Shown: positions 1 to 9,482 of the stretch, in pieces
Position numbering within the stretch: position 1 is the first letter of the stretch
How the letters are laid out: each line of letters begins with the position of its first letter
IMG/VR virus record: IMGVR_UViG_3300044960_000268
Span: 1-56,352 of that record
DNA length: 56,352 nucleotides
Source of the DNA: a virus
Taxonomy: Duplodnaviria; Caudoviricetes
Direction: 5' to 3' (one strand)
The notes under the pieces: model-generated
Told to the model about the DNA's origin: nothing
The model's input: the letters and a program-made list of their open reading frames with translations, nothing else
Database searches by the model: none
Made by a program: the position numbers and the translations under genes

Positions 1-127
1 GCCGGTACTGCGATTTCAGTAAGATCGATGAACCCATCAGCGTCTAGGTAGAGGTTGTTTCCTACCTGTAAGTCTACAAAGTTCCTGAAAAGCGCCGCAG
101 TCATGCGTTGGATTTCGGTGGAGCCGA
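1..127 (+). repeat. Exact 127-bp direct repeat of 1239..1365 (shared core of the two fibre genes)
   Basis: Base-by-base identity from gccggtactg to ggagccga, diverging at 128/1366. Confidence 0.95.
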
Positions 128-635
128 GATAGCGTCTCAGCTCAGATATAGCGTTCGACCCGGTTCCGACGATACGTTCGCTATAGCTGTTCCCCGAGCC
201 GTTTCCTGACTTGAATTCCTTTATAATTTGTTCCGCTGTGCCGTTTTGGGTGTTACGTGCAGTTAGAGGGATCCCAGCGGCGGCTACCACGAGTGACCCA
301 AACAGCTCAAGCTCTCCGTTGATCGTTCCTCCGCCAGAAGACAGGATGAAGGACTCTGTGTCAAGCTCTTGGCTAGTACTGATAGCCGTATATCGATGCG
401 TCGAGACCGATCCGTCGGGAGTTTTCACTTCGATCTCGTATGCGCCGCCTTCGACAAAAAAGAAGACTAAGCCCAGAGAGTTAGCTAACAAAGGATTAGG
501 TAGTATCTTAGTCCCTGATCGATCCAGAAACAGTTTCGCTAGCTTTCCTGTAGCTTCATTTCTGACGCTCACAGAAGCAAAAGGGATAATATCCCCGAGC
601 GTATCAGTGCAGAAGAATTGCTTTCGAGCGAGCAT
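1..635 (-). CDS. Tail fibre / receptor-binding protein 2, N-terminal part (runs off the window; not in the ORF track)
   Basis: ATG at 635 overlaps the TGA of 635..1876. My translation (MLARKQFFCTDTLGDIIPFASVSVRNEATGKLAKLFLDRSG...STEIQRMTAALFRNFVDLQVGNNLYLDADGFIDLTEIAVP) is open to position 1 and aligns with the N-terminal half of 635..1876. Confidence 0.85.
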   Translation of the reverse strand, partial: MLARKQFFCTDTLGDIIPFASVSVRNEATGKLAKLFLDRSGTKILPNPLLANSLGLVFFFVEGGAYEIEVKTPDGSVSTHRYTAISTSQELDTESFILSSGGGTINGELELFGSLVVAAAGIPLTARNTQNGTAEQIIKEFKSGNGSGNSYSERIVGTGSNAISELRRYLGSTEIQRMTAALFRNFVDLQVGNNLYLDADGFIDLTEIAVP

Positions 636-1876
636 CAGGCTACCCTGCCATAGACTGTGATGGTCCCGGCATCGATGTTGCCAGAGGCGAAGTTCACACG
701 AATACAGTTGATAGCATTTGCTACCCCTGTGGAAGCGACAGATTGAGAAGATCCGTCCTCAGCATCAGAGCCCCCATATCCTCTAAAGGTTTTGACGTGA
801 GAGGCCTTGTCACACCGAGCCCAATGAGCGAAAAAGACGATGTCTGCAGTTGCTGCAGTCAGTGAGGTGTCCCTATATACTTCCGGAGCTGTTATTCCTG
901 TACTTGCTGCCGCAGTTCCTGTGATTGTAGTATTTTGCCCAGTAACTGCTTCAACGGTGGCCCCTCCATCGTCCGAAACATGGACTCTCAATTGATTTGC
1001 AGAGGTTGCACTATTGGATAAGCCAAACCCCACAATCACTAGTTCAGCGTAGGTCTTCGAGAGAGCAAAATCAACGTTAGCGACGGCAGCTCCCACCGTA
1101 GTCGTACCGACCTCTTCCCATTTCCCCGTGCTTGTGCCTCCGACGGTCACCTCCGTCCCCGCATTGTCGCGGAAGAATAGTCGTGAAAGGCCTCCTACGT
1201 CTTTGCAGTAGAGGCGAGCAACGTTGGCAGCAGGATTAGCCGGTACTGCGATTTCAGTAAGATCGATGAACCCATCAGCGTCTAGGTAGAGGTTGTTTCC
1301 TACCTGTAAGTCTACAAAGTTCCTGAAAAGCGCCGCAGTCATGCGTTGGATTTCGGTGGAGCCGATGAACCGACGTACTTCTGCGACGTTGTTCGATCCA
1401 CCCCCTACGATGCGCGTATTGTATTTGTTACCTGCTCCCGATCCCGATTGGAACTCCTCGATTGTTCTTTCAGTAGTATCATTCTCAGTTCTTCTCAGAA
1501 TTAATGCTGTGGTGGAAGCAATAAGCGATAGTAACCCATTGATCGTCAGATTGCCGTTGATAGTTCCGCCAGCAGTAGTAAGAAAAGAACTCGCATCTGC
1601 CTCTTGCGCCGTTCCTATTCCCACATATTGCCATTCGATGGAGAAGGATCCTGATGTGACCTGGATCCGATAAGCTCCGCCTAAGGCATGGAAGAAAGCA
1701 AAACCGTTAGCATCCGCAGTAAACGGATTGCTCTTGGGAACTACGCCCGCTCTATCAGAGAATATGGTAGCAAGAGGTAGACCTGTTGTTTCTCGTCTCA
1801 CTGTTACTGTAGCACCCGGCTGAATAGTGCCTTGGTGATTGACGATTGTAGCTTGCCATCTTGCAAGAGTTGCCAT
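635..1876 (-). CDS. Tail fibre / receptor-binding protein 1
   Basis: Follows the tail hub gene. Virion-anchor-like N-terminus (NPFTADANG), G/T/A-rich beta content, C-terminal GNIDAGTITVYG. Confidence 0.8.
   Translation of the reverse strand: MATLARWQATIVNHQGTIQPGATVTVRRETTGLPLATIFSDRAGVVPKSNPFTADANGFAFFHALGGAYRIQVTSGSFSIEWQYVGIGTAQEADASSFLTTAGGTINGNLTINGLLSLIASTTALILRRTENDTTERTIEEFQSGSGAGNKYNTRIVGGGSNNVAEVRRFIGSTEIQRMTAALFRNFVDLQVGNNLYLDADGFIDLTEIAVPANPAANVARLYCKDVGGLSRLFFRDNAGTEVTVGGTSTGKWEEVGTTTVGAAVANVDFALSKTYAELVIVGFGLSNSATSANQLRVHVSDDGGATVEAVTGQNTTITGTAAASTGITAPEVYRDTSLTAATADIVFFAHWARCDKASHVKTFRGYGGSDAEDGSSQSVASTGVANAINCIRVNFASGNIDAGTITVYGRVA
1146..1365 (+). repeat. Core segment shared with fibre 2 (1146..1161 = 56337..56352; 1239..1365 = 1..127)
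   Basis: Both window ends match this segment exactly. The intervening 77 bp (1162..1238) would close the circle in frame. Confidence 0.9.
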
Positions 1877-4800
1877 CAGTTGATCTCCGGTCCTCGACGG
1901 TCACCCGTCGGTCCAAACTGAGTAACGAAGCTGATCCCGTCAATAGCAGCTCCCGCACTGCCTCCATCTTCTCCACTCGCATTGAGGCCAGGACCACCGC
2001 CATTAGTAGCCGAACGAAACCCGCTTCCTGAAGTATTACCTCGTGCGCCTCCAGCTTCACTGGTTCCTGGCTCACCATTCTCGGTTGAGCTATTGTAGGC
2101 GGCACCGCCCGCTCCCGGAATAGTTCCTGCACCCCCTCCACCACCACCAGCGAACCCGTCAACTGTGATGCCGCCCTGACCACCTCCGCCGCCACCCCAA
2201 ATCTCCCCATTCTCATCGATAAGAGTAATGGGAACTCTCGTATAGAGGGCGATACCGCCGTCTTCTCCGTCATCCAAACTCGAGGGTTGAAAGTTATTGC
2301 GACCGCGGCCACCATCTCCACCTTTTCCTTGAACGCGCCCGATCACCTCGATAGTTATAGGCGGAAGTAGATCCCAGTCGCCAACATCGAAAGAGGGCAT
2401 AGAGGCATCGTTCGATCCGACAACAACGCCAGGATTGATGATGCAGCGGATGGTGACGTTTTCAGACCCGAGATCGTCCTCGGTGATAGCAGGGAAGATC
2501 TGGTCATGGAGTGTGCGCAGATTGACGTTGTTGATGTTGCTGTCAATCGTGATCACTCGATTGAGTAGGTCAGCCGCTGAAACAGGAGTATAAAGAACCT
2601 CCTCAGCATCCACCTTCCACCTATCACTCAGGGGTTCCACACGAGTGACCTGGATAGAAGTGTCTACTTCGTTCCCCGAAGCGTCCTGATTACCCTTCCA
2701 AGATAATCGATAACCGCTCCCAGGAAGAGGCTCCTGGATCCCACTATATCTCATTACATCGAATTGGATCTTACGAGGAGGCCGAGCGAAACGAGCCAGA
2801 TGAAGATCATTGACACGATCCGCTGTAGATCGGCCGAACGCGGGGATCCATGTACCGAAGATCTTCTTGATAATGGCTTCGCCGTTCTCTGTCTCTGTCT
2901 CCGTATCAATCGTTGCAATAGTCGAACGGTAGTTATTAGGCTCTGTCAGAGACTGTAAAGGATTGCGTACTCCATAGTAGGTCCATACTTGAGTAATCCG
3001 TTTATTGAGCTGCTCTGACACCGACAGCGACTCCTTCAGGATATTTCCTTGATGATAGGAGAACGCTGTAGAGGGAACTCCTCGAATTACCTGCAACTTG
3101 ATCAGATTTTCTTTGTTGTCGGGCCACACCGCTAGACCAGCCTGGACGATCAATTCGGTGATGAGCTGGTTTACTCCAGTCGGCTCAGCGATAATGCGAG
3201 TGTAGAGACGTTGCAGATAGGTGGATACTTCACTCTCCCACTCCGTCAAAGGTATATAAGAAGGGGCTATTCCGGCGAACTCCGTCAATAGCGTATAGAT
3301 GATCAATGCGGGACTCTGAGCTTCGAAATACTGACAAATCTGAACTCGATCCTCATCATTGTGCGCAACCGCCGTAGTGCCGAATTGACCTCGTCCGGCT
3401 ACCCCTCCTGTTACATTGAAGGTATCGCCGGTTCTAGTGAAAGCTACGATCTCCTCACCGCCTATAGCGACATAGCCAGATGAAGGATACTCTGCGCCAA
3501 TCCCAGAAGGAAGTACCGTGAAAGAAGTACCGTTGGCTGCTAGATCGGCAGAAAGGAAACCATTACTCACCCTCGGGCATTGCGAACGATCATTGTCAGC
3601 TAGTTTCAAAATGTCTTGACCGATCAAGTCGAATGTACCCGAAGGGGTAGGACCATTGAACCCTTCAAGAACAAAATGGCGCGTATCGAATTCACTCAAC
3701 CCTTGACCGAGAAGGCCATGAAGGATCCTCAATGCGTTTCCACGGCGAAAGAGGGAACGCCCGCGCCATTTGCCCCAGTAAGTACCTCTATCGAACAACT
3801 CTCCCAAATCCGCATGCTTATGGTCTTTGAAGGTCACTGTGATCTGCGCTCGCTTGCCCAATGACTCGCCAAGTGATACCTCAGCAGGAACCACACGGGC
3901 AGTAAGCATGCTTGGAATAGCGTAAGGCTCAGGAGGTAGATAGTCAGTCGACGCTGCAAACCTCACAGTCTCAGTCAGACTATTCAACATCGAACGGACA
4001 TGGAAATGCCCGCAATGGTAGAATGATCCATTCGTAGATATGTAAAGACCCACCTTGCCGGCGTTAGTAATAGGAGAAGAGGTATCATCCACAGAGAGGG
4101 AGAAAGCGATTGGCTCGTTCTTCAGTTCACCCGTCCACACTTTTGCTCGAAGGGTCACGCCTCCGCTGATGTCTATTGCATCGAACCTCAACCAGATGTT
4201 CTCTTGAGTACCGAACGACTGAACGAGCGTATTCAACGGGGAGAAGGCTCCTCCTGTTGCTTTGTCAATCGTCAGACCTGTGGAAGTAATACGAGCTCTG
4301 TAGGCGGTAGGGGTAGCGGTAGCCCCAGACCCTCTAAGGATCAAACCGCCCTCAGGAGAGGACTTGAAATTGAAAAGAGCAACGGCTGAAACGTTCTTAA
4401 TCCCTGGAACGGCGTCCCATGTCAATAATCCGTTTGCAGTGTCCGTAATCTTCTCGACTCTTAGCCCTTTACCCGAAGGAAGATCCGCGTCGATTACCCC
4501 ATTGAACGTGAGGTTGGCGCTCCAGAATTTAGCCCAGTGAAGAGGCGATACAGGATCGACCTTAGGCGCCCATACTGCTCCAACGAAGGGACTATTATCG
4601 GTCAGAGCGGTACTAGCCGTCAGCTGAGCATTAAAGGTCGCGGTAGTCGTTCGTGCGGTATCGGCGACGGTATGACCCGCCTCATTGGCGGGACCCGGAT
4701 CGAAACGTTCTGTGAAGTTCACCCATGTGGCCGTAGCAGTCGTAGCAATAAGATGAGCAACGGCAATTGCAGCACCATAGGCCGGCACTGTGAAGGAGAC

Positions 4801-5301
4801 GTTGAAAGGACCCGCGCTTCCCGAGTTGAGCTGAGCGGTGGGGGCCGACTTCGGCAATAAATTTTTAGCATTATGGAGCGCATAAAGAACTACAGAGCAT
4901 CTCAATTGTGTCGAAGAAAAGACGATTTCGACGTCTGCCAATTGACTAACAGCATTCTCGATACCGTAGATGGCGGCAAATCGAGAGTTTCCGGTGCCGG
5001 TGTTTCTGCGATTGAGCTGAAGTAAGGATTGGCCGTTGATCTTCACCGAGTTGGGAGAGCACAAGACACCCGACCCGTTACTCGCCATGACTGCGAGAAT
5101 TAATTTGCGTCCGGGCTTTACATCCCCTGTGGATAGATCGTTGAAGGTATACGTCTGCCGATCAACCGTGTCGATTGCAGTCGCCGTTACCTCAAGAATG
5201 ACAGGGTCCGAAGCAACAACCGTCTCGAACTCGGTCAGACGATACACATCCTGATCGAGCTCGATATAGGTTAGCGATTTTCCGGTGATTTCGTTACTCA
5301 C
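1876..5301 (-). CDS. Tail hub / host-specificity protein with N-terminal beta-sandwich (lectin-like) insertions
   Basis: 1141 aa downstream of the tape measure and distal-tail genes. Contains EEIVAFT...RGQFGTTAVAH and a Gly-rich C-terminus typical of siphophage tail-tip proteins. Confidence 0.75.
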   Translation of the reverse strand: MSNEITGKSLTYIELDQDVYRLTEFETVVASDPVILEVTATAIDTVDRQTYTFNDLSTGDVKPGRKLILAVMASNGSGVLCSPNSVKINGQSLLQLNRRNTGTGNSRFAAIYGIENAVSQLADVEIVFSSTQLRCSVVLYALHNAKNLLPKSAPTAQLNSGSAGPFNVSFTVPAYGAAIAVAHLIATTATATWVNFTERFDPGPANEAGHTVADTARTTTATFNAQLTASTALTDNSPFVGAVWAPKVDPVSPLHWAKFWSANLTFNGVIDADLPSGKGLRVEKITDTANGLLTWDAVPGIKNVSAVALFNFKSSPEGGLILRGSGATATPTAYRARITSTGLTIDKATGGAFSPLNTLVQSFGTQENIWLRFDAIDISGGVTLRAKVWTGELKNEPIAFSLSVDDTSSPITNAGKVGLYISTNGSFYHCGHFHVRSMLNSLTETVRFAASTDYLPPEPYAIPSMLTARVVPAEVSLGESLGKRAQITVTFKDHKHADLGELFDRGTYWGKWRGRSLFRRGNALRILHGLLGQGLSEFDTRHFVLEGFNGPTPSGTFDLIGQDILKLADNDRSQCPRVSNGFLSADLAANGTSFTVLPSGIGAEYPSSGYVAIGGEEIVAFTRTGDTFNVTGGVAGRGQFGTTAVAHNDEDRVQICQYFEAQSPALIIYTLLTEFAGIAPSYIPLTEWESEVSTYLQRLYTRIIAEPTGVNQLITELIVQAGLAVWPDNKENLIKLQVIRGVPSTAFSYHQGNILKESLSVSEQLNKRITQVWTYYGVRNPLQSLTEPNNYRSTIATIDTETETENGEAIIKKIFGTWIPAFGRSTADRVNDLHLARFARPPRKIQFDVMRYSGIQEPLPGSGYRLSWKGNQDASGNEVDTSIQVTRVEPLSDRWKVDAEEVLYTPVSAADLLNRVITIDSNINNVNLRTLHDQIFPAITEDDLGSENVTIRCIINPGVVVGSNDASMPSFDVGDWDLLPPITIEVIGRVQGKGGDGGRGRNNFQPSSLDDGEDGGIALYTRVPITLIDENGEIWGGGGGGQGGITVDGFAGGGGGGAGTIPGAGGAAYNSSTENGEPGTSEAGGARGNTSGSGFRSATNGGGPGLNASGEDGGSAGAAIDGISFVTQFGPTGDRRGPEIN

Positions 5302-6155
5302 CGTGTTATTCCTTGCACTGTTAGCGACACCTGCATAAAGCCGGTTGATCGCTGGTTTTGAACTTGCATGTCACTCATAGCCCAGCAGTATCCTACTTCG
5401 TAAGGATAGGATCCCGGTCGCCACGCGAAGAAAAAAGGCTTCTCAATCGCGTGCTGTCGCCACGGCTCCATCTCAGTCCGATAGAAGATTGGAGTGATAT
5501 GATCCAATTCAATCTGGGTTTCACTCATCTCACTAAGGACAACTCGCCCAAGAAAATGACCGAGCTCGCTTCGACCAGTGACGATGTTAGCTTTAGTGTT
5601 AAAAGTGATCGGTTTGTGGCCGACATAGATGCGTCGTTCTAGGATAGTCAATCGTCCGATCTGAAGAACAGCACAACGAGGGGCTACAGTATCGTTGAGA
5701 GGTGTAATAACGAGGCGCATCTGCAGGAACGTGTTCGAAGTGAAGCGAAACAATAGCGGACTATCGTCTCCAGGAACGATCTCTTCGGATAGGGGCTCCC
5801 AATCAAATCCTTCAGCACTATCCGTTTGTGTAGCACCTTCAACTTGCAATGAGAACTGACCACTTCCAAAATTATGACCTGCGATGGCTAGATAATCCAC
5901 AGGATCGGTGCCATCGGATAAGCCAGAAAAGTCGACTGTCAAAAATTGAGTGTTGCTGCCGGCAATTCCCTTCCAGTAAAGAGCACTCGAAGGATTGGCG
6001 AGGTTGGTTACGGGGAATGAGAGATCTTCGCTGGTTGCTGACAAGGAGGAAGCCGTTACGATATTCCGCCATCCTACAAGCGGATTATCGTTCGTCACTT
6101 CGACACCCGAAACAATTGCGGGGAGGACCAGGTTAGGCGAAACAATGACACCCAT
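5298..6155 (-). CDS. Distal tail (Dit-like) virion protein
   Basis: Lies between the tape measure and hub genes. DYLAIAGHN and PFFFAWRP motifs are seen in siphophage tail-tip proteins. Confidence 0.6.
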   Translation of the reverse strand: MGVIVSPNLVLPAIVSGVEVTNDNPLVGWRNIVTASSLSATSEDLSFPVTNLANPSSALYWKGIAGSNTQFLTVDFSGLSDGTDPVDYLAIAGHNFGSGQFSLQVEGATQTDSAEGFDWEPLSEEIVPGDDSPLLFRFTSNTFLQMRLVITPLNDTVAPRCAVLQIGRLTILERRIYVGHKPITFNTKANIVTGRSELGHFLGRVVLSEMSETQIELDHITPIFYRTEMEPWRQHAIEKPFFFAWRPGSYPYEVGYCWAMSDMQVQNQRSTGFMQVSLTVQGITR

Positions 6156-6164
6156 GATAAGGCC

Positions 6165-8003
6165 TTAGATGGTGATGTTACGAGTGCTGATCAAGGTTGC
6201 ACCATTTTGGACTTCGAGGTTGATATTTCGAATAAGCTCTTCTAGCTGTCTTCCCGAGAAGATCGCTGCGGGATCCACTCCTTGAATGAATAGCGCTCGA
6301 CCAGGCGCCGGTGCTTCTGGCTGTAACGGAGGAGAGCTTCCACCGCCACCGCCACCGCCACCGCCTGGACTCGGTGCGCTGCCGCCGCCGCTCTGACTGG
6401 TGGATCGAATGGTTGCAATTTGCGCGGCGCCCATAGCAGCTACGAGAGCGGCTTGCGCGAGGTTGAGCGGGAACGGCAGTTTTAGCGCCTCGGTGATAGC
6501 CACAGCTGTGTTGATGATCGCTGCGGCGATGGCCGCTGCCTTGCTCTTCGGGAACAGTGCGGTCAGCGCTTGCGCTGCTGTCTGCGCAACAGTGATGTAC
6601 GCCTGCTCCTCCTGCTTGAGGAGATTGCGCTTGATTTGCGTCATCTGACGCTGACGCTCAGCGCTATCCGTGATCGCAGCAGTAGCGCGCCTCTGCGCTT
6701 CGGCGATGCGCGACGAGGTATCCTCCCACGCTAGCGCCAACGTCTCAGCGATTGTTCCGCCGCCTTGTGCAATCGTGAGGAACTCTTGCAGCTGGAACTG
6801 CGCCTCCTTCATCTGATCAGACAAGCCGCCAAGAGAAGGGGCTTGGGGTTTCTGAACATTCCCTTCATCCACAGTAACTTGAAGGGGGTTGCCGGCCGCC
6901 GCCTCTTTGAGACGAGCAATCTCAGCCTGTGCCTCTTTTGCGCGAGCAATCCAGGCAGCCAGCTGCTCGTCGTTATGAGCGACGGCTGCCCGGATGCTAT
7001 CGAAGGCTTCCGCCGCCCCGGGCCCGCCTTCCGAAGCAATCCTCGACAATTGTTCCATGAGCCTTTCATTGGCTTCATGGAGACGCTTCACATTGGCAGC
7101 AGCTTCATTGAGTTTCTCATACGCTTGAGACAGCTCATTCAATCGAGCATTGTTTCTCAAGGCCTCAATGCCCTGGCTAAGGGCTCGTATCAGATCGGTA
7201 AGACCTTTAACAGCTGCAGTCAAAGTCGGCGCTGCCAGGATCGTCAGTTCTCGAATAAGCGCATCGAGGGCCCCTTGTAAAGCCAAAGAAGACTTACGAA
7301 ACTCTTCAGCTTTTCTGATAGCTTCCGCGTCCAGAACCACACCAAGCCGTTGAGCTTCCTCGGTCAGTTTTGCTAGCCCTGCCGATCCTTGATTTAAGAG
7401 CGGCACGAGGCGCGGTCCGGCCTCTTCCCCGAATAATGCGGAAGCCAATGCACTCTTATTGGCTCCGTCGGCGTATCTCGAAAAGGAGTCGGCTAGTTCT
7501 GGCAATACCTGAGCGAAGTTTCTTAGACTTCCTTCGGTATCCGTAATCGAAACTCCTAGAAGCTGCAAAGCTTGTGCGCCTCGAGAAGCCGGGTTCGAGA
7601 TAGCCTCCGCCATTCGGCCGCCGAACTGGGAAATTACTTGTCGAAGGGCCTCGAATTCCACGCCCGATTGTTCAGCAGCGAATTTCAGCTCGCTGAGTTG
7701 ATCCACCGCGATGCCCGTCGACTGGGACAGTCGCTGGATCATTGAGATGTCTTGAATACTTCTTTGAAAGGCAGCCCAAGCGGCGTTGATCGACAAGAAC
7801 CCTGCAGCCAACGCCGCGACGCGCGTCGTTACCGCCGACGCCATCGAGGAGAGGCGCGTCTCCATCTCTTTGGCGGTTCTCTTTGTGGCTTTCTCGAGGT
7901 CCTCGACGCTCTTTCTGCCTTCTTGCATACCCTTCTTGAGATCGACAACATCAGCACCGATCCTAATCAGAAGAGTCTCAACGGTTGCGGTACTGTCGGC
8001 CAT
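6165..8003 (-). CDS. Tail tape measure protein
   Basis: Ala-rich helical 612 aa with an LLIRIGAD start and an ALFGEEAG..LVPLLNQG motif, directly after the tail chaperones. Confidence 0.9.
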   Translation of the reverse strand: MADSTATVETLLIRIGADVVDLKKGMQEGRKSVEDLEKATKRTAKEMETRLSSMASAVTTRVAALAAGFLSINAAWAAFQRSIQDISMIQRLSQSTGIAVDQLSELKFAAEQSGVEFEALRQVISQFGGRMAEAISNPASRGAQALQLLGVSITDTEGSLRNFAQVLPELADSFSRYADGANKSALASALFGEEAGPRLVPLLNQGSAGLAKLTEEAQRLGVVLDAEAIRKAEEFRKSSLALQGALDALIRELTILAAPTLTAAVKGLTDLIRALSQGIEALRNNARLNELSQAYEKLNEAAANVKRLHEANERLMEQLSRIASEGGPGAAEAFDSIRAAVAHNDEQLAAWIARAKEAQAEIARLKEAAAGNPLQVTVDEGNVQKPQAPSLGGLSDQMKEAQFQLQEFLTIAQGGGTIAETLALAWEDTSSRIAEAQRRATAAITDSAERQRQMTQIKRNLLKQEEQAYITVAQTAAQALTALFPKSKAAAIAAAIINTAVAITEALKLPFPLNLAQAALVAAMGAAQIATIRSTSQSGGGSAPSPGGGGGGGGGSSPPLQPEAPAPGRALFIQGVDPAAIFSGRQLEELIRNINLEVQNGATLISTRNITI

Positions 8004-8004
8004 G

Positions 8005-8238
8005 TTAGTGAGGTCCGTACGGTTGATCCTCCGGGTTTCCGAAGGCTTCTTGATACATCTCCTTGACCTCGTGCTCGGTCAGACTGCCATACATCTTAGG
8101 CGGTCTTCGAGCCTCAATAAGCCACCATACTTCGGTCGGAGTGAGCTCCCAAAACTCTTGAGGGCTCACCGCTTTGTCTCGTCCGACCAAGGTCTTATAA
8201 GCGGACTCTATGAGGCCTTGGTCGGAGACCCGTTTCCC
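8005..8238 (-). CDS. Tail assembly chaperone GT extension (-1 frameshift product)
   Basis: The -1 frame after G GGA AAC is open (RVSDQGLIESAYKTLVGRDKAVSPQEFWELTPTEVWWLIEAR) and contains the typical P.EFW.LTP.E motif. Confidence 0.8.
   Translation of the reverse strand, partial: GKRVSDQGLIESAYKTLVGRDKAVSPQEFWELTPTEVWWLIEARRPPKMYGSLTEHEVKEMYQEAFGNPEDQPYGPH
8182..8238 (-). promoter_or_regulatory. Programmed -1 frameshift site: slippery GGGAAAC plus downstream 11-bp stem
   Basis: Plus-strand gtttccc at 8232..8238; perfect inverted repeat at 8182..8192 and 8216..8226. Confidence 0.85.
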
Positions 8239-8624
8239 GCGGAGACTTCCTCAGTCGCATCTTCGACTGTATTCGTCTCGACTGCGGCTTCCAATTTCCT
8301 ACGCTGAGCCGGGGGTATCATCATCATCCACAAAGCGATGACGACATTCGATGCTCCGGCAGCTCCATTATTGTCCCAGAGCGCTTCGTACACTTCATCG
8401 TCTGTGACCTTCGCACCGGCGTACCGCAGCACAGCGGCGTAAGCCATAGCGGCTTTAGAGAAAGGAACGTGTTCCCCCTTCGCTAGATCAGCTGAGGAAA
8501 TGCATTCCTCGATCTTAGCGATTGCACGAAGAACGCGGTTAGGCGGAATGACATACGTCTCGCCTTTCCACGTCAATTCGATCTTTTCGAACACGCTCTT
8601 AGGCATACGGATTACGTTGCTCAT
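8208..8624 (-). CDS. Tail assembly chaperone (G)
   Basis: Lies between the tail tube and tape measure genes; slippery site near its 3' end. Confidence 0.8.
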   Translation of the reverse strand: MSNVIRMPKSVFEKIELTWKGETYVIPPNRVLRAIAKIEECISSADLAKGEHVPFSKAAMAYAAVLRYAGAKVTDDEVYEALWDNNGAAGASNVVIALWMMMIPPAQRRKLEAAVETNTVEDATEEVSAGNGSPTKAS

Positions 8625-8648
8625 GGTTTGGCTCTCCTCGTCAGTTCA

Positions 8649-9068
8649 TCACGAGAACTGGTAGTCGAATGTCACAGGGCCGCTGTTCTGGAACGTTGCC
8701 TCGTAAGTCATGGCGTCATTGTAAGCGCCAGTCTGCGAAAAGCTAGTCAGAACAAAGGTTCCAGTCATCGTCTCTCCCGTAGGAAGTTCCCACATGAGAG
8801 TGCCTGTGCGATTGCGGCGAACGAAGTCATCGAGAAGCTGGCTATCCTTAGCGATGCCTTGAACTGTGATCTCAACTGTGTCCTCGGCAGCTCCATTATT
8901 ATCAGCCAGCTTTCGCCACCCATCGTCGTCATCATCTGTGACGTTAACGGGCTCACCGGCAACGGTAAGAGTCTTCGTACGGACACCTAGAAGGTATTCG
9001 CCTTTCCAACGAACCTTAGCCTTTCGGCCCTTGAATGCGGTGCCCGGCGATACGGTTGCAGCAACCAT
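8649..9068 (-). CDS. Major tail tube protein (TP901-1/GTA-like)
   Basis: GVRTKTLT...VTDDDDDGWRKL...GTFVLTSFSQTGAYNDAMTYEATFQNSG. Confidence 0.85.
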   Translation of the reverse strand: MVAATVSPGTAFKGRKAKVRWKGEYLLGVRTKTLTVAGEPVNVTDDDDDGWRKLADNNGAAEDTVEITVQGIAKDSQLLDDFVRRNRTGTLMWELPTGETMTGTFVLTSFSQTGAYNDAMTYEATFQNSGPVTFDYQFS

Positions 9069-9080
9069 CTTGATACTCCT

Positions 9081-9482
9081 CTAGTTCTGCCTCAACAGCT
9101 CAAAGTTAGCCACAAACAAGTGCCGATCATTGTCGTCTCGCCCGATGTGGGATATGTTCGACACCATCTCGACACCTACAAAGTACAGAGTCTCCGTTTC
9201 AAGCGGCGATGCGTCAGTCAATGAAGTTGCAATATCTTCAAGCTTATCATACCCTTCGAGGTAGTTCTTGGACCTCACTCGAATTTGAATAGAGGCGTTC
9301 TGGAGATCCAGCTCATCTGTATCTTTCGGACCACCCCCTTGATCATAGACGGTGATCGTCTGGTTCGGCTGTGCAGGTTCCTGGGAGACGTTGATGCTCC
9401 ACGTCAACTCGGATTGCCCCGCGAACACTCCGAAGAGGCGAGAGTGAAGGTACTGAGCGATCTCGTAGGCAGGTGTCGTCAT
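9081..9482 (-). CDS. Tail terminator / minor capsid-like protein
   Basis: Gene order; IQIRVRS and GRDDNDRH.FVANF motifs. Confidence 0.7.
   Translation of the reverse strand: MTTPAYEIAQYLHSRLFGVFAGQSELTWSINVSQEPAQPNQTITVYDQGGGPKDTDELDLQNASIQIRVRSKNYLEGYDKLEDIATSLTDASPLETETLYFVGVEMVSNISHIGRDDNDRHLFVANFELLRQN

Noticed and set aside
1-1365. Diversity-generating retroelement (TR/VR pair) in the fibre genes
   Set aside because: The repeat copies are identical rather than differing at adenines, they lie mid-gene, and no reverse transcriptase is encoded.
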